Shown in pieces: positions 20,216 through 30,889 of a stretch of DNA of 64,000 bases. Made by a program: the position numbers and the translations under genes. The notes beneath the pieces were generated by a model. The model was given only the letters and a program-made list of their open reading frames with translations. It made no database searches and was not told the DNA's origin. Source of the stretch: a bacterium (GTDB lineage: Bacteria; SAR324; NAC60-12). The stretch is taken from contig CBDBHR010000030.1 in NCBI GenBank assembly GCA_965205865.1, forward strand, positions 448,001 to 512,000, given 5' to 3'. The first letter of the stretch is position 1, and every line of letters starts with the position of its first letter.

Positions 20216-20250
20216 ACACACTCGAAAATTCTCTTCATCTTGCTTTTATG

Positions 20251-21083
20251 AACTGATGTTACGCGTGCGGATTTTACAGTTATGCGTCTCATCGAGTTGT
20301 CATTCCTGGCGAAGACCAGGAATCCAGAAATACAGGGCTGGCGATCCACGGAAATGGGGTCAGAAATAGGGTCAAAATAGAAATAGGGTCAGGCTTGCAT
20401 ATTTGTATTAAGAACTGATGTTACGCGCACGGATTTTGCAGTTATGCGTCTCATCGAGTTGTCATTCCTGGCGAAGACCAGGAATCCACAGGGCTGGCGA
20501 TTCAGGTGACTAAAACGTTTCATATAAATCTTTCCATTGAGGATTATTTTTCTCAATGAGTTCGATTTTCCAAGCTCGTTTCCATTTCTTGATCAGGGTG
20601 ACTAAAACGTTTCATATAAATCTTTCCATTGAGGATTATTTTTCTCAATGAGTTCGATTTTCCAAGCTCGTTTCCATTTCTTGAGTTGTTTTTCTCTCCG
20701 GAGAACAGCTGTTACCTCTGAAGCGGTCTCATAGTATACCAATTGACGTACTTGGTATTTACTGGTAAATCCTTCTATGAGATTTTTTTTATGTTCATAA
20801 ACTCTTTTAGGAGGATCATTTGTCACTCCATAATATAGAGTACCATTTCTTTTACTTGCCAAGATATAAACGTAGTAGGTTTTCATGATGGCGACTCCTG
20901 GATTCCTGGTCTTCGCCAGGAATGACACACTTGTGGGGAAGCGTATTCATGGAAACCGCTGAATGCAAAAAATATACGCGTAACCTTCATGAAAACTTAT
21001 GCTTTCACCCCGGAGGATGAAGAAAAATAACAAACCGTATAGTTTCAGTAGGTTAGATAGTTTTCTTCACGGTAACGTCAGTT
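20251..21083. mobile_element. Palindrome-flanked GIY-YIG element with duplicated left end
   Basis: Outer inverted ends AACTGATGTTAC / GTAACGTCAGTT; 28-bp palindromes at 20299-20326 and 20461-20488 (direct) and 20899-20926 (inverted); 88-bp tandem duplication 20505-20592/20597-20684. Confidence 0.75.
20602..20886 (-). CDS. Small GIY-YIG nuclease family protein
   Basis: MKTYYVYILASKRNGTLYYGVTND..KRVYEHK...LVYYE...REKQLKKWKRAWKIELIE.NNPQWKDL. Confidence 0.92.
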   Translation of the reverse strand: MKTYYVYILASKRNGTLYYGVTNDPPKRVYEHKKNLIEGFTSKYQVRQLVYYETASEVTAVLRREKQLKKWKRAWKIELIEKNNPQWKDLYETF

Positions 21084-21134
21084 ATTAAAAATATCGTCAT
21101 CTTGCTGCAAATTTAGATGCGCATCCGGCATCGT

Positions 21135-21941
21135 TCACTCGTGGTGATAAGATTGCATGCCTTCCGGAGGAAGGAAAACAAGTTCAGGAAGAGGCGTCCT
21201 CCGGGAAGTGACATCGTTCATCACCAGCCGAAGCCTGTCGCCATTTTGTACATCTACAATTTGAATGGTTTTGGGATAGTTATTTCCCGAAAACTCCTCA
21301 TATTGAGCAATCGTGACTTCATATTCTTTGAGCCCCCCCACTACTTTGAACATTTGTTCCATCAGACTGTTGGATCCCAAAGTGACAAAAAAAACAGCAC
21401 TGTCACCGGCTAATTTGAGGTTCCTTGACGACAATAGTTCTCCATTGAGCAGTACGAAATCTTTTTGTGGCATTCGTCCCCAGATTACCCAACTCAACTC
21501 GCTCAACGAAATATCCACTCCCAGCCAGCGTCGACGGACTGGGGAGGTATTCTGGCCTAAAAAATATTTTTCTTCCCGAAAATCCAAGATCATAAATTGA
21601 CGGGGATTGGCTCGAATTTCATACAAGACGGTTCCTATGAGAGGCGTGAATATTTGCAAACGCAGTTCGAGATTGTTTGACAGGCTGAATTCTAACTCTC
21701 CTGTATATCTACGATTCGAAACCGTCAGTAAAATACGTCCTGCAGCCTGGTAACTATCCAGGGTTTTTGGAAGAAGAAATAATTGTGGTCTGGGCACAGG
21801 AGCAGGTGGGGTTGCGCACCCGGATGCCCAGATAGCAGAAAGGATGGATACTATTAATAGTTGAGGGAACCATTTCGTCCGGTTCGGTTTTTTATTTTTG
21901 CGCTCCCTCTTTGTCATCTTGCATACAGATAATTTCTGCAA
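21135..21941 (-). CDS. Lipoprotein, LolB/DUF4292-like; start may lie further in
   Basis: Signal peptide with lipobox ASGC; LRLQIFTPLIG beta-rich LolB-like segment. Confidence 0.6.
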   Translation of the reverse strand: MQKLSVCKMTKRERKNKKPNRTKWFPQLLIVSILSAIWASGCATPPAPVPRPQLFLLPKTLDSYQAAGRILLTVSNRRYTGELEFSLSNNLELRLQIFTPLIGTVLYEIRANPRQFMILDFREEKYFLGQNTSPVRRRWLGVDISLSELSWVIWGRMPQKDFVLLNGELLSSRNLKLAGDSAVFFVTLGSNSLMEQMFKVVGGLKEYEVTIAQYEEFSGNNYPKTIQIVDVQNGDRLRLVMNDVTSRRTPLPELVFLPPEGMQSYHHE

Positions 21942-22410
21942 CGTAAAAAATAGCGAAGTAAATTCCTGAAATCACGAAAAACGTCACCAAAGTGTTCATT
22001 TCATGCATAATTCTCCCCATTCTCTTCAAATATTCAATGAAACATCAATCTGTCCAACTTGTAAAATGACAGCGTCATTTTTTTTTAGTATTCCAAAATA
22101 AAACAAAACTCTATTATGCAGAATACAATCTGCAATTTCAGTGTCTCTTGATTCCAAATCACAGTCAATCTTTTATCCTCTTTGAATTGACTGGACTTTT
22201 TTTCGTATTCACTATGCAATGGCAACATTCATTTGAATACAAATGAGTTTGGCTCCGTTGAGGAAAAAGTCAAATATCTGCTTCCGAAATAATCCCATTC
22301 GCATTGGATCTCCCCAACTTAAACACGCTTCCTAATAGAATGTGAATCGTGAATAACTGAGCCATCAAACCCACAAATACTTTAATTGCCCTTATATCTA
22401 CGAGAGACCT

Positions 22411-23604
22411 ATGAAGAAGAGACTGAATTCAATTCGTTTTATATTATTCTTTTCGCTGACACTTTGTTGTTTGTCCACAAACATAGCCCTGTCAAACACT
22501 TCGCTGATTTTCAATAGCGATCCTAAGCTTTACAAAGCTGCACTTTTGATGGAGCATAAAACAGGGTTCTTTCTGTACGAGGATCGGATAAGAGAGCCGA
22601 TCATTCCAGCATCCTTAGTGAAAATGATGGTCTCGTTGATTGTGATGGAACATTTGGCTGAAGGACGAATCAGCCCGGACGACAAAGTGACGGTTTCACG
22701 ATGGGCCAGTAAAATCGGGGGACACCAGGTTTATTTGAAGGAAAATGAAGTTTTTGATTTATACGAGTTAATGAAAGCGCTCGTTATTGGTTCCGCCAAT
22801 GATGCGGCTGTTGCGGTAGCAGAATTTATTGGAGGGGACCAGGACTTTTTTGTCGGAATGATGAATGAACGTGCAGCAGAATTGCAAATGAAAGACACTA
22901 TTTATTACAATCCCCATGGACTTCCTCCTGGAAAAGGACAAAAGGAGAATATCACAACCGCTTATGACCAGGCACTATTGGCTCGCGAGTTATTGAAATA
23001 CCCCCAATATCTGAAATTGTCTTCCACCATCCTGGATTCATTTCGCAATGGGACATTTGAACTGATGAATACGAATAGGACTTTGCTCAAACAAATGCCT
23101 GAGCTTGATGGTATGAAAACGGGTTATTACCGGAAAGCAGGTTTCAGTGTGGTCGCCACGGCAAAAAAAAAGAATACTCGTTTGATTGCGTTGGTGATTG
23201 GCGCGCAAAATAAATCAGATCGCACTCGCATCACAGCAAGTTTGCTGAAAAAAGGTTTCAGTCAGTTTGGGTTGGTCAAAGTGCTGGAAAAAGGAAGCAG
23301 GTTGGGAAAGCCGGTCCCGGTCAAAAATGGTTTGCATGAAACCGTGGATCTGTTGGTAGAAGAAGATATTGAATTGTTGCTAAGCCATTCGGATGCCAGG
23401 CAAATAGAGCATCATTTCTCGATTCCTTCCTTTCTCACCGCTCCGGTTCAAGCAGGAACCGTAGTAGGCACGGTTGAGTTGAAAGCCAACCATCGTTCTT
23501 TCAAGAAAGTGAATTTGCTATCGGCAAAGACCATTCCCGCCAAATCACTTTGGGAGAAAATACAGGATTTCTTCAAATTGTGGGAGAAGGTCTTGCCGCG
23601 TTGA
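22411..23604 (+). CDS. dacA: D-alanyl-D-alanine carboxypeptidase (PBP5/S11)
   Basis: PASLVKMM (SxxK), SAN, NPHGL, KTG, C-terminal PBP5 domain. Confidence 0.93.
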   Translation: MKKRLNSIRFILFFSLTLCCLSTNIALSNTSLIFNSDPKLYKAALLMEHKTGFFLYEDRIREPIIPASLVKMMVSLIVMEHLAEGRISPDDKVTVSRWASKIGGHQVYLKENEVFDLYELMKALVIGSANDAAVAVAEFIGGDQDFFVGMMNERAAELQMKDTIYYNPHGLPPGKGQKENITTAYDQALLARELLKYPQYLKLSSTILDSFRNGTFELMNTNRTLLKQMPELDGMKTGYYRKAGFSVVATAKKKNTRLIALVIGAQNKSDRTRITASLLKKGFSQFGLVKVLEKGSRLGKPVPVKNGLHETVDLLVEEDIELLLSHSDARQIEHHFSIPSFLTAPVQAGTVVGTVELKANHRSFKKVNLLSAKTIPAKSLWEKIQDFFKLWEKVLPR

Positions 23605-24382
23605 TGCGGTTTCTCAATTGTTCCGCTGCCTTCTCAGCGCTATCGGCAAAATCTTCTCCTGAATCCACATAGAGAATGCTGCGGGACGCATTGATCAGAT
23701 AGGGATAAGTTGTGCCATCTTCTGCTGCGGTGACAGTCTTTTTCAAATCCCCTCCCTGCGCGCCAATTCCGGGAATCAAAAAAGGCATGGGGCCGGAAGT
23801 TTGCCTGACGGCGTGAAAGAGATCGGCTTGGGTCGCCCCCACGACCAGTCCGCAGTTTTTCCTGGTGTTCCAGCGTTTCACATTTTCCGCAACACGCAAA
23901 TAGAGTTGCTCTGGAATTTGAAAATCATGGGCACTCGGGTTAGATGTCAGGCAAAGGACAAATGTCCCTTTCTCTTCATAGTCCAGAAATGGCGCCAGCG
24001 CATCATGCCCTTGATAAGGATTTGCAGTCACGGCGTCACAACCATAAACCTCAAACACCGCTTTGGCATACATTTGGTCGGAGTACCCGATATCGCCCCG
24101 TTTGGCATCACCAATCACAACAATATCAGAGGGAATTGCCTCGACAACTTGCAAGAGGATTTCCATCCCTTGGGGTCCCAGTGCTTCAAAAAAGGCAAAA
24201 TTAGGCTTATAAGCTGCCACCCATTTTTTGGTGGCAGCAATGATTTGCAAGCAGAACGACAAAATGGGATCTCTTTCATAACGTAGAAAAGCAGGAATGT
24301 TTTCCCAAACTGGGTCGAGACCTACGCAGAGCAGACTATTTCGCTGTTCGATACTCTGTTTCACTTTGGAATAAAATCGCAT
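23573..24382 (-). CDS. pyrF: Orotidine-5'-phosphate decarboxylase (subfamily 2)
   Basis: LCVGLDP, YKPNFAFFEA, DAKRGDIG, LTSNP, VVGAT, PGIGAQGG, NASR. Confidence 0.96.
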   Translation of the reverse strand: MRFYSKVKQSIEQRNSLLCVGLDPVWENIPAFLRYERDPILSFCLQIIAATKKWVAAYKPNFAFFEALGPQGMEILLQVVEAIPSDIVVIGDAKRGDIGYSDQMYAKAVFEVYGCDAVTANPYQGHDALAPFLDYEEKGTFVLCLTSNPSAHDFQIPEQLYLRVAENVKRWNTRKNCGLVVGATQADLFHAVRQTSGPMPFLIPGIGAQGGDLKKTVTAAEDGTTYPYLINASRSILYVDSGEDFADSAEKAAEQLRNRINAARPSPTI

Positions 24383-26281
24383 TTATCTTCTAGTTTTGGT
24401 GCCGGTCCGACGTCTGTAGGAAACTATCCCCACAAGGGCTACAATTGCTGGTACAAACAACATATTCATGCCCAGCAGCCAATTTCCGAGCGTCTCAATA
24501 TCCTGGCGTAGAATTTTTCGCACTTCCCGCAATCGCTTGCGTGTCTCGATTTCCTCCGTACGAAATCTCTTGATTTCTCCCTGTTGTTCTTTTGTGAGGA
24601 GACGTTTTTGGTTGGGATCTTTATGTTCCTCCAATTCGGCCAGTTTCTCCTGAACTGCTCTGAGGGTTTGCTGGAGGCCGATTTCTTCTTCTTGAAAACG
24701 CATCTGCGCTTGATTTTCAAGCTCCATCACTTTGGTGAAAGGACGAGCGAAACGCCCTCGGGAGCGGATACTCATCAACTCGTCATCACCGGTAAAAAAT
24801 TCAACTGCATTGATCATAAAATTTAAATTGTCATTGAGCAAATTGACAACGACTTGGCCCATAAAATTCATTTTCTGTACGGAAAACGTGTCGCTGGCGA
24901 AATCCACGTCGGCGATCACTAAAATCGTTCGGGGATCTATTGCTTCCTGCAAGTGCGCATGTTTCAGTGGAGGCAATTTTTTTTCTTGCGCTTGTTCCCC
25001 TGCTTCTGTCGAAGAAGGAGGTTGTCCCTCAGGAAAAGCCGTTTTGAACTTATCCCGCAGGAAGGCTGCCAATACCTTTTGAGTCTGATCAGTTTTAAGG
25101 ATTCGGGCAACTTGGTCCGGTGGCGTAAATTGAATCATCAGAGATTCCAGGATCCCGCTTTGTGAAGAGCTCTGAAGTAGGGGGCTGAATTCTACGGTAC
25201 TCTCCTCAACTTTACTCAGAAATCCTGAATCTGCAAAGAGGAGACTTTCCAGTTGGCTGGTAATTGGATGATCCGCATCCATGGCAGCAGGAGGCAGACT
25301 CATCCACAACGGGTAGCGCACTATGTTTCCCCGACCCGTGTTGATCGAGGTGGCATAACGAGAATCACCCACAAGCTTGCCTGAGTCATATTCCACTCCC
25401 CAATTCTTCAACAGCCGGGGGACATCGCTTTTTACGTCCGGCATCCTTCCCATTTGGGCCGTTCTCGCTCTGGCTTCATGATTGGAATTGGGATCTACCA
25501 GAACGATCAAATGTCCTCCACGGAGCACATATTGATCTACGGCATATTGAATTCGTTCATTCAATTCTTTGGGATGTATCAGCAACAAAAGCGGGATGTC
25601 ATCTGAAATTTCTTCTGTCTCTGCTGGCAGAATCCGCAAATCAAAACTTTTTTGCAGTTCCGAATGCAGCGCCCATTCTTCGGCAGGCGTGGCTCCTCTA
25701 CGAGACAGATTTCCTTTAAGATCCAGAGAAGTCAATATGCCAATTTCAGGGGGTCGTACTTGATTGAGTCCCATCAATGCCTGGGAAACGTCATATTCTA
25801 AAAACTTCTCACGACGAGGATCAAAAAACGGAATGGCCACTTCCTGGTCCAGCAGCAATGCGACCATTCCCATGTAAAAATTTTCACCATTTGGTAAACC
25901 AAAAGAGGCAATCCCGTATTTTTGCGCCCATTCTTCTTCTTCGCTGTCGATTTTGGGATCAAACACTTCCAATTTGATATTCCCTTTCGCTAAAATTTCA
26001 TATTCTCTCAGCACTTCTTCCACTCGCTGGGCATAAGCCTTGAAATCTGGCGGTAACCCGGATTTGTCTTTGGAAAAATAAAATTTAATCGTCACCGGAT
26101 CTTCGAATTCCCGCAAAATCTTTTTTGTTCCCTCAGAAATCGTATAGAGCCTCTCATCGGTGACATCAATACGCAAAGGAAGGAAACTGCCAAGCGCATT
26201 GATCCCGATCAAGCAAACCAGCAGTAGAATGACACTGAGAGTGGAATACGACCATCGGTGTTGTTTCATGGCAATCTTCAA
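24383..26281 (-). CDS. GldG-family ABC transporter auxiliary protein
   Basis: RIDVTDERLYTISEGT, IKFYFS, FLEYDVS, YAVDQYVLRGG, C-terminal TM. Confidence 0.9.
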   Translation of the reverse strand: MKIAMKQHRWSYSTLSVILLLVCLIGINALGSFLPLRIDVTDERLYTISEGTKKILREFEDPVTIKFYFSKDKSGLPPDFKAYAQRVEEVLREYEILAKGNIKLEVFDPKIDSEEEEWAQKYGIASFGLPNGENFYMGMVALLLDQEVAIPFFDPRREKFLEYDVSQALMGLNQVRPPEIGILTSLDLKGNLSRRGATPAEEWALHSELQKSFDLRILPAETEEISDDIPLLLLIHPKELNERIQYAVDQYVLRGGHLIVLVDPNSNHEARARTAQMGRMPDVKSDVPRLLKNWGVEYDSGKLVGDSRYATSINTGRGNIVRYPLWMSLPPAAMDADHPITSQLESLLFADSGFLSKVEESTVEFSPLLQSSSQSGILESLMIQFTPPDQVARILKTDQTQKVLAAFLRDKFKTAFPEGQPPSSTEAGEQAQEKKLPPLKHAHLQEAIDPRTILVIADVDFASDTFSVQKMNFMGQVVVNLLNDNLNFMINAVEFFTGDDELMSIRSRGRFARPFTKVMELENQAQMRFQEEEIGLQQTLRAVQEKLAELEEHKDPNQKRLLTKEQQGEIKRFRTEEIETRKRLREVRKILRQDIETLGNWLLGMNMLFVPAIVALVGIVSYRRRTGTKTRR

Positions 26282-26282
26282 T

Positions 26283-27017
26283 TTAAAGCGCTTTATGAGA
26301 ATCCAGAATCACGACATTGAGCAGGAGCATGAAAGCCATCACGGAAATGAAATAAAGGAGGTCTCGCAAATCAACCACTCCGCGGCGCAAAGCATTAAAA
26401 TGAGTAGTGAAACTAAATTGAGAAACCAAGTCGGAAATCCGGACGGGCAATAAGGAATGGAGGATGTTGTTCAGCACCCCCCAACCCAAAAGGAGCAGTA
26501 CAAGGCAGATGACCACGCTGATGATAAAACTAATCACCTGGTTTTTGGTAAGAGCAGATGCGCAACCAGCAATCGCCAAATAGGCTCCGGCCATCAATAG
26601 GCTGCCTAGATAACCTGCTATAATCGGACCGTTATCCGGCTCCCCTAAATAATGAACGGTAATAATCATCGGAAAGGTAAGAAGCAAGGCGATGGCTATG
26701 AAGCCCCAGGCAGCCAAAAACTTGGAAACCACAGCAGTGAATGTGGTCACGGGAAAAGTCAATAGCAACTCCACGGTCCCTGCTCGCCGCTCTTCTGCCC
26801 AAAGGCGCATTCCAACTGCAGGAATCAGGATTAAGTACAACCAGGGATGAAACAAGAAAAAAACCTCTAAACTCGCTTGATTGGTTTGATAAAAATTACC
26901 CAAGAGGAAAGTACAACCGGCATTTGCGCTTAAAAAAATGATGATAAACACATAGGCGATGGGGGAACGGAAATATGCCCAAAATTCTCGTTTAAAAATA
27001 GGTACCAGTCCTTTCAT
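26283..27017 (-). CDS. ABC-2 permease (GldF-like)
   Basis: KREF..YF.SPIAY, MRLWAEERRAGTVELLLT, SALTKNQ. Confidence 0.92.
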   Translation of the reverse strand: MKGLVPIFKREFWAYFRSPIAYVFIIIFLSANAGCTFLLGNFYQTNQASLEVFFLFHPWLYLILIPAVGMRLWAEERRAGTVELLLTFPVTTFTAVVSKFLAAWGFIAIALLLTFPMIITVHYLGEPDNGPIIAGYLGSLLMAGAYLAIAGCASALTKNQVISFIISVVICLVLLLLGWGVLNNILHSLLPVRISDLVSQFSFTTHFNALRRGVVDLRDLLYFISVMAFMLLLNVVILDSHKAL

Positions 27018-27024
27018 ACGCTCC

Positions 27025-27960
27025 TTATCCTTCCAATGTCACCTTACGAAACACTTCATCCAGACGTCCTTTTTCGGAGTATAACTGCTCCACTTGAAGT
27101 TGCTGCTCCTGTATAAATTTTTCCACTTCTCCCAAAATGGTTTGACCCTTTTGGGGAAACAATTGAAAGGAAGTTTTTCCGTTTTCAGTTTTCAAGATTT
27201 GAGCGGATTGGATGCCGGCTATATTTTCCAATCGAGAAATCAGCCCTTCCTGTGCTTCATCCCGAACCGTCAGTAAAATTGCATTATGGTAAATAGAACG
27301 GGCCAGCAATTCTTCGGGAGTGCCATCAACCACAATTTTTCCTTGCGCAATGATGATGGCCCGAGTGCAAATTGCTTCCACTTCTTCCAGAATATGCGTA
27401 GAAATCAAGATTGTTCGATTTTCGCTAATGCGATTGATCAGTATGCGCACTTCGTGTTTTTGATTGGGATCGAGTCCGTCTGTGGGCTCATCCAAAATCA
27501 ACACGGGAGGGTCATGAAGAAGCGATTGAGCCAGACACGTCCGCTGGCGATACCCTTTTGAAAGTGTATCGATCGTTTGCTGTCGAACTTCTTGCAACGA
27601 AGTTTCATCAAGCGCCCGCTCCACTCGTTTTTTCAGATCTCCACCGTTGAAACCCCGTACTTCTCCTGAAAATAACAGGAACTCTTCGACTCGCATTTCA
27701 TGATAGGATGGAGCGCTTTCAGGCAGATAGCCGATTTTTTCTCGAACTTGAAACGAATTTTTAAGGATATCATGCCCACAGACGCTGGCGGTTCCGGACG
27801 TTGGCGGAATGAAGCAGGTGATCATTTTCATCGTTGTGGATTTCCCGGCGCCATTGGGACCCAGAAATCCTAAAATTTCTCCCGTATTCACTGCAAAGGA
27901 AATGTTATCGACTGCCCGGATTTTTCCGAATACTTTACAAAGTTGTTCAACTCGAATCAT
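27025..27960 (-). CDS. ABC transporter ATP-binding protein (GldA-like)
   Basis: GPNGAGKST, LSKGYRQR, LILDEPT, STH. Confidence 0.95.
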   Translation of the reverse strand: MIRVEQLCKVFGKIRAVDNISFAVNTGEILGFLGPNGAGKSTTMKMITCFIPPTSGTASVCGHDILKNSFQVREKIGYLPESAPSYHEMRVEEFLLFSGEVRGFNGGDLKKRVERALDETSLQEVRQQTIDTLSKGYRQRTCLAQSLLHDPPVLILDEPTDGLDPNQKHEVRILINRISENRTILISTHILEEVEAICTRAIIIAQGKIVVDGTPEELLARSIYHNAILLTVRDEAQEGLISRLENIAGIQSAQILKTENGKTSFQLFPQKGQTILGEVEKFIQEQQLQVEQLYSEKGRLDEVFRKVTLEG

Positions 27961-29036
27961 CCTTGTTCCTCATCCTTGATAATCAAATCCAAACGCTTCT
28001 CGAGGAAACGTTGGCCATACCAGGATTGCACTCCATAGAGCCATGATTTTGAACGAGCATTGAACTCTTCGATTTGTTGCTGCAACCCTTCGTCGCGAAT
28101 ATCATCTCGCAATGCCATGTCGATGGCGAGATAATAATGATTTCCCTCCTCGATTTCTCGCTCTCCAATATTGACACGGACAATACGGCCATCAAAAAGT
28201 TCGGCTGTGTAATAAGTAAGCTGTTCTCTCCCTGTTTCTTCCACAGGTGTTCCCACAGGAACGATCTTGTCAAAACGCAATCCGCGCATTGCATTGCCGA
28301 GAGATCCGATGGCGTTTTGATCCATTTTGCCCTGCTCCACCATCCCTTCACTTTTCCATTCTGTCTCTATTGTTTCACGAACAAAACGAAATATTTCTTC
28401 TGCGTGCCGTATTTCCACGGCTTTAACCATTTCATCCCCCTGTATATCCACAATGGAGGTATTGAGCCACGCCGATTCTTCTGCTTCAGCAGTTATACTC
28501 TCAGCAACCAGGTATACCGCGGAGTCTCCTGCAAAGCGCAGATACTGCCCAACTTTAAAGCCCTGTCTTTCACTTCGAGATTTTCCCAGAAGAATTTCCA
28601 ATAAAGGACCACCTTCTTTTCCCCGCAACAAGAGGAGTTTTCCGGTTTTTTCCTTCTGCCATTGTCCATTGTTTTCATTGACGTGCAGCAAATGAAAGCG
28701 TGAATGGTATTTAGTCTGTTCGGTGACTTTTTCTCCCAATTTGGTATCCAAGAGCTGTAACAAAAGATCATGAATCTTATCTGCATCCGCCTCGTAATTG
28801 AGACCTTCGACTCTCCACTGATCATCTTTTGATTTAAAAAGCTCTGCTTTTCTCTGCTCATCATTTTGAATGACGATTCCTGCGAGTTGCTCGGTATCCA
28901 AATTGGATAAGATTCTCTTATTTTCTACACTGCTGGAGGAAACCCTTCCCTGCGCATACCATAAAGCCAGTCCGACTACCACGATGATCCCTGTCACAAT
29001 TGACAATTTTTTCAGCATGACTTCACTCCTTGTCAA
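27957..29036 (-). CDS. DUF4340-type membrane-anchored protein
   Basis: N-terminal TM, W.V....YEAD, LLGK...YLR, VYLV; typical partner of Gld-type ABC clusters. Confidence 0.75.
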   Translation of the reverse strand: MTRSEVMLKKLSIVTGIIVVVGLALWYAQGRVSSSSVENKRILSNLDTEQLAGIVIQNDEQRKAELFKSKDDQWRVEGLNYEADADKIHDLLLQLLDTKLGEKVTEQTKYHSRFHLLHVNENNGQWQKEKTGKLLLLRGKEGGPLLEILLGKSRSERQGFKVGQYLRFAGDSAVYLVAESITAEAEESAWLNTSIVDIQGDEMVKAVEIRHAEEIFRFVRETIETEWKSEGMVEQGKMDQNAIGSLGNAMRGLRFDKIVPVGTPVEETGREQLTYYTAELFDGRIVRVNIGEREIEEGNHYYLAIDMALRDDIRDEGLQQQIEEFNARSKSWLYGVQSWYGQRFLEKRLDLIIKDEEQG

Positions 29037-29554
29037 TGGAGAATTAAAATGAAATCAGATGTACTGACGTATGAAATTATACTACGGGTTTTTCTCCATA
29101 AAAACGAGAATCCCACTGTTTCCAAGCGATTTTGGCATCATTCATTGCAGATTCTCTTCTTTATGTATATGTTTAATTCTTGAATAAAGGGATTTTGCCT
29201 GCCGGTGGAAAGCGAATTCCCAGGGAATTTTCTGGTACCTTCACTCCCCTGGAATTGAATTGTTATACACTGCCATACTCCTCCCTGACGTATCAAGATA
29301 TATTTCCGACTCCCGGGGAATACTCTTTTATTTTTATTGATTAACCTGAGTTCGGCAGGATTTAATACTTGATAAATAATTTAGAAAAAAAAGGATTAGC
29401 AATTAAGGGAGAACGGAAGATAGAATCAGGTTCGCAAGAAAAGAGCATCAAACTCGCATGATTGTAAAATTTGGATTCGATTGTAAAATGGGATATCCTT
29501 ATATAATCCCTTTCAATTTATCTTTTTAAATTCACTTATGAAGGAATACAGCCA

Positions 29555-30523
29555 ATGAAAGCAGTATTGATCAAAGAAACAGGTGGTTCTGAAAAAATGA
29601 CATATGAAGACGTTGACGCGCCTGCCTGTGAAGCAACCGATGTTTTAGTTAGTATCGGAGCGGCTGGCGTCAACTTTATCGACACTTATCAACGCTCCGG
29701 ACTTTATTCGGTGAATCTCCCACATGTTTTAGGAATGGAAGGAGCGGGCGTAGTGGAAACAATTGGAACAGAGGTCGCTGATTTTTCAGTTGGAGACCAT
29801 GTTGCCTTCACCGGAGTTCCCGGAGCTTATGCGGAATATGTGAAGGTACCGGAATCGCGGCTGGTGAAATTACCGGCAGGCGTGTCGATCCGTGAAGGGG
29901 CGGCAGCAATGTTACAAGGCTGTACCGCTCATTATCTTACGCACTCCACATATCCCTTACAAGAAGGCGACCGTTGTCTGATTCATGCCGCTGCCGGAGG
30001 GATGGGCCTCTTGATGCTTCAAATGGCAAAAATGGCAGGGGCCTACGCGATTGGGACCGTTTCCACAGAAGAAAAAGCCGCAAAGGCCAAAGAGGCGGGT
30101 GCTGATGAAGTGATCCTCTATACTCAAACTGATTTTGAACAAGAAGTCTCCCGACTCACTGCCGGACAAGGGGTCCACGTCGTTTATGACTCTATCGGTA
30201 AAGCCACCTGCGCCAAAAGCCTCAATTGTTTGAGACCCCGCGGCTTTCTGGTACTATATGGCAATTCCAGCGGTCCGGTGACAGAATTCAATCCCGTGCA
30301 TCTACAAGCCAAAGGCTCGTTATTTCTAACACGTCCCTCCCTGAATGACTATATTGCCGAAAGAGAAGATTTGGAACAACGAACCAATGAGATTTTTGAT
30401 TGGATTAAAGAAAAGAAATTAAAATTGGCCATCAATCATATTTTTCCGCTCTCTGAGGCCAAAAAAGCCCATATGGATCTGGAAGGACGAAAAACGACCG
30501 GGAAGATCTTATTGATACCCTGA
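29555..30523 (+). CDS. qor: NADPH:quinone oxidoreductase (zeta-crystallin/MDR)
   Basis: GVNFIDTYQRSGLY, LG.EGAG, HAAAGGMG, KGSLFLTRPSL, TTGK. Confidence 0.95.
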   Translation: MKAVLIKETGGSEKMTYEDVDAPACEATDVLVSIGAAGVNFIDTYQRSGLYSVNLPHVLGMEGAGVVETIGTEVADFSVGDHVAFTGVPGAYAEYVKVPESRLVKLPAGVSIREGAAAMLQGCTAHYLTHSTYPLQEGDRCLIHAAAGGMGLLMLQMAKMAGAYAIGTVSTEEKAAKAKEAGADEVILYTQTDFEQEVSRLTAGQGVHVVYDSIGKATCAKSLNCLRPRGFLVLYGNSSGPVTEFNPVHLQAKGSLFLTRPSLNDYIAEREDLEQRTNEIFDWIKEKKLKLAINHIFPLSEAKKAHMDLEGRKTTGKILLIP

Positions 30524-30653
30524 AGGGATAACACCCGGTACGCCTATCCATATTTGTTCCCAACACCACCCTACGGGATACCCGGATGCGAAATAAACTG
30601 AACTATTCTGGTCCCTTAGGAATGAAATTTAAATAAGTTAGAAGTATGGATAC

Positions 30654-30734
30654 GCAAAATTAGGGGACACGTAACAGCAGGCATAAAACAGTAGAGTTGG
30701 GATGCGCAGCGGTGTACATGTCCCCCAATTTTGC
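30654..30734. repeat. 81-bp MITE-like unit with 20-bp terminal inverted repeats
   Basis: GCAAAATTAGGGGACACGTA (30654-30673) vs TACATGTCCCCCAATTTTGC (30715-30734), two mismatches. Confidence 0.6.
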
Positions 30735-30889
30735 TCACACCATCGAAAGAATTACAGGTTATTTAAGGTTTGTTCCTTAAAGGAGAGTTTCGGTAACAAG
30801 GAGGTGCCAGTGAAAGATGCGGAGCCTGAGGGAGCACTTCATAGTTATCTGTCAGACACCGACTATCATGGAAGAATCAACTGATACCG

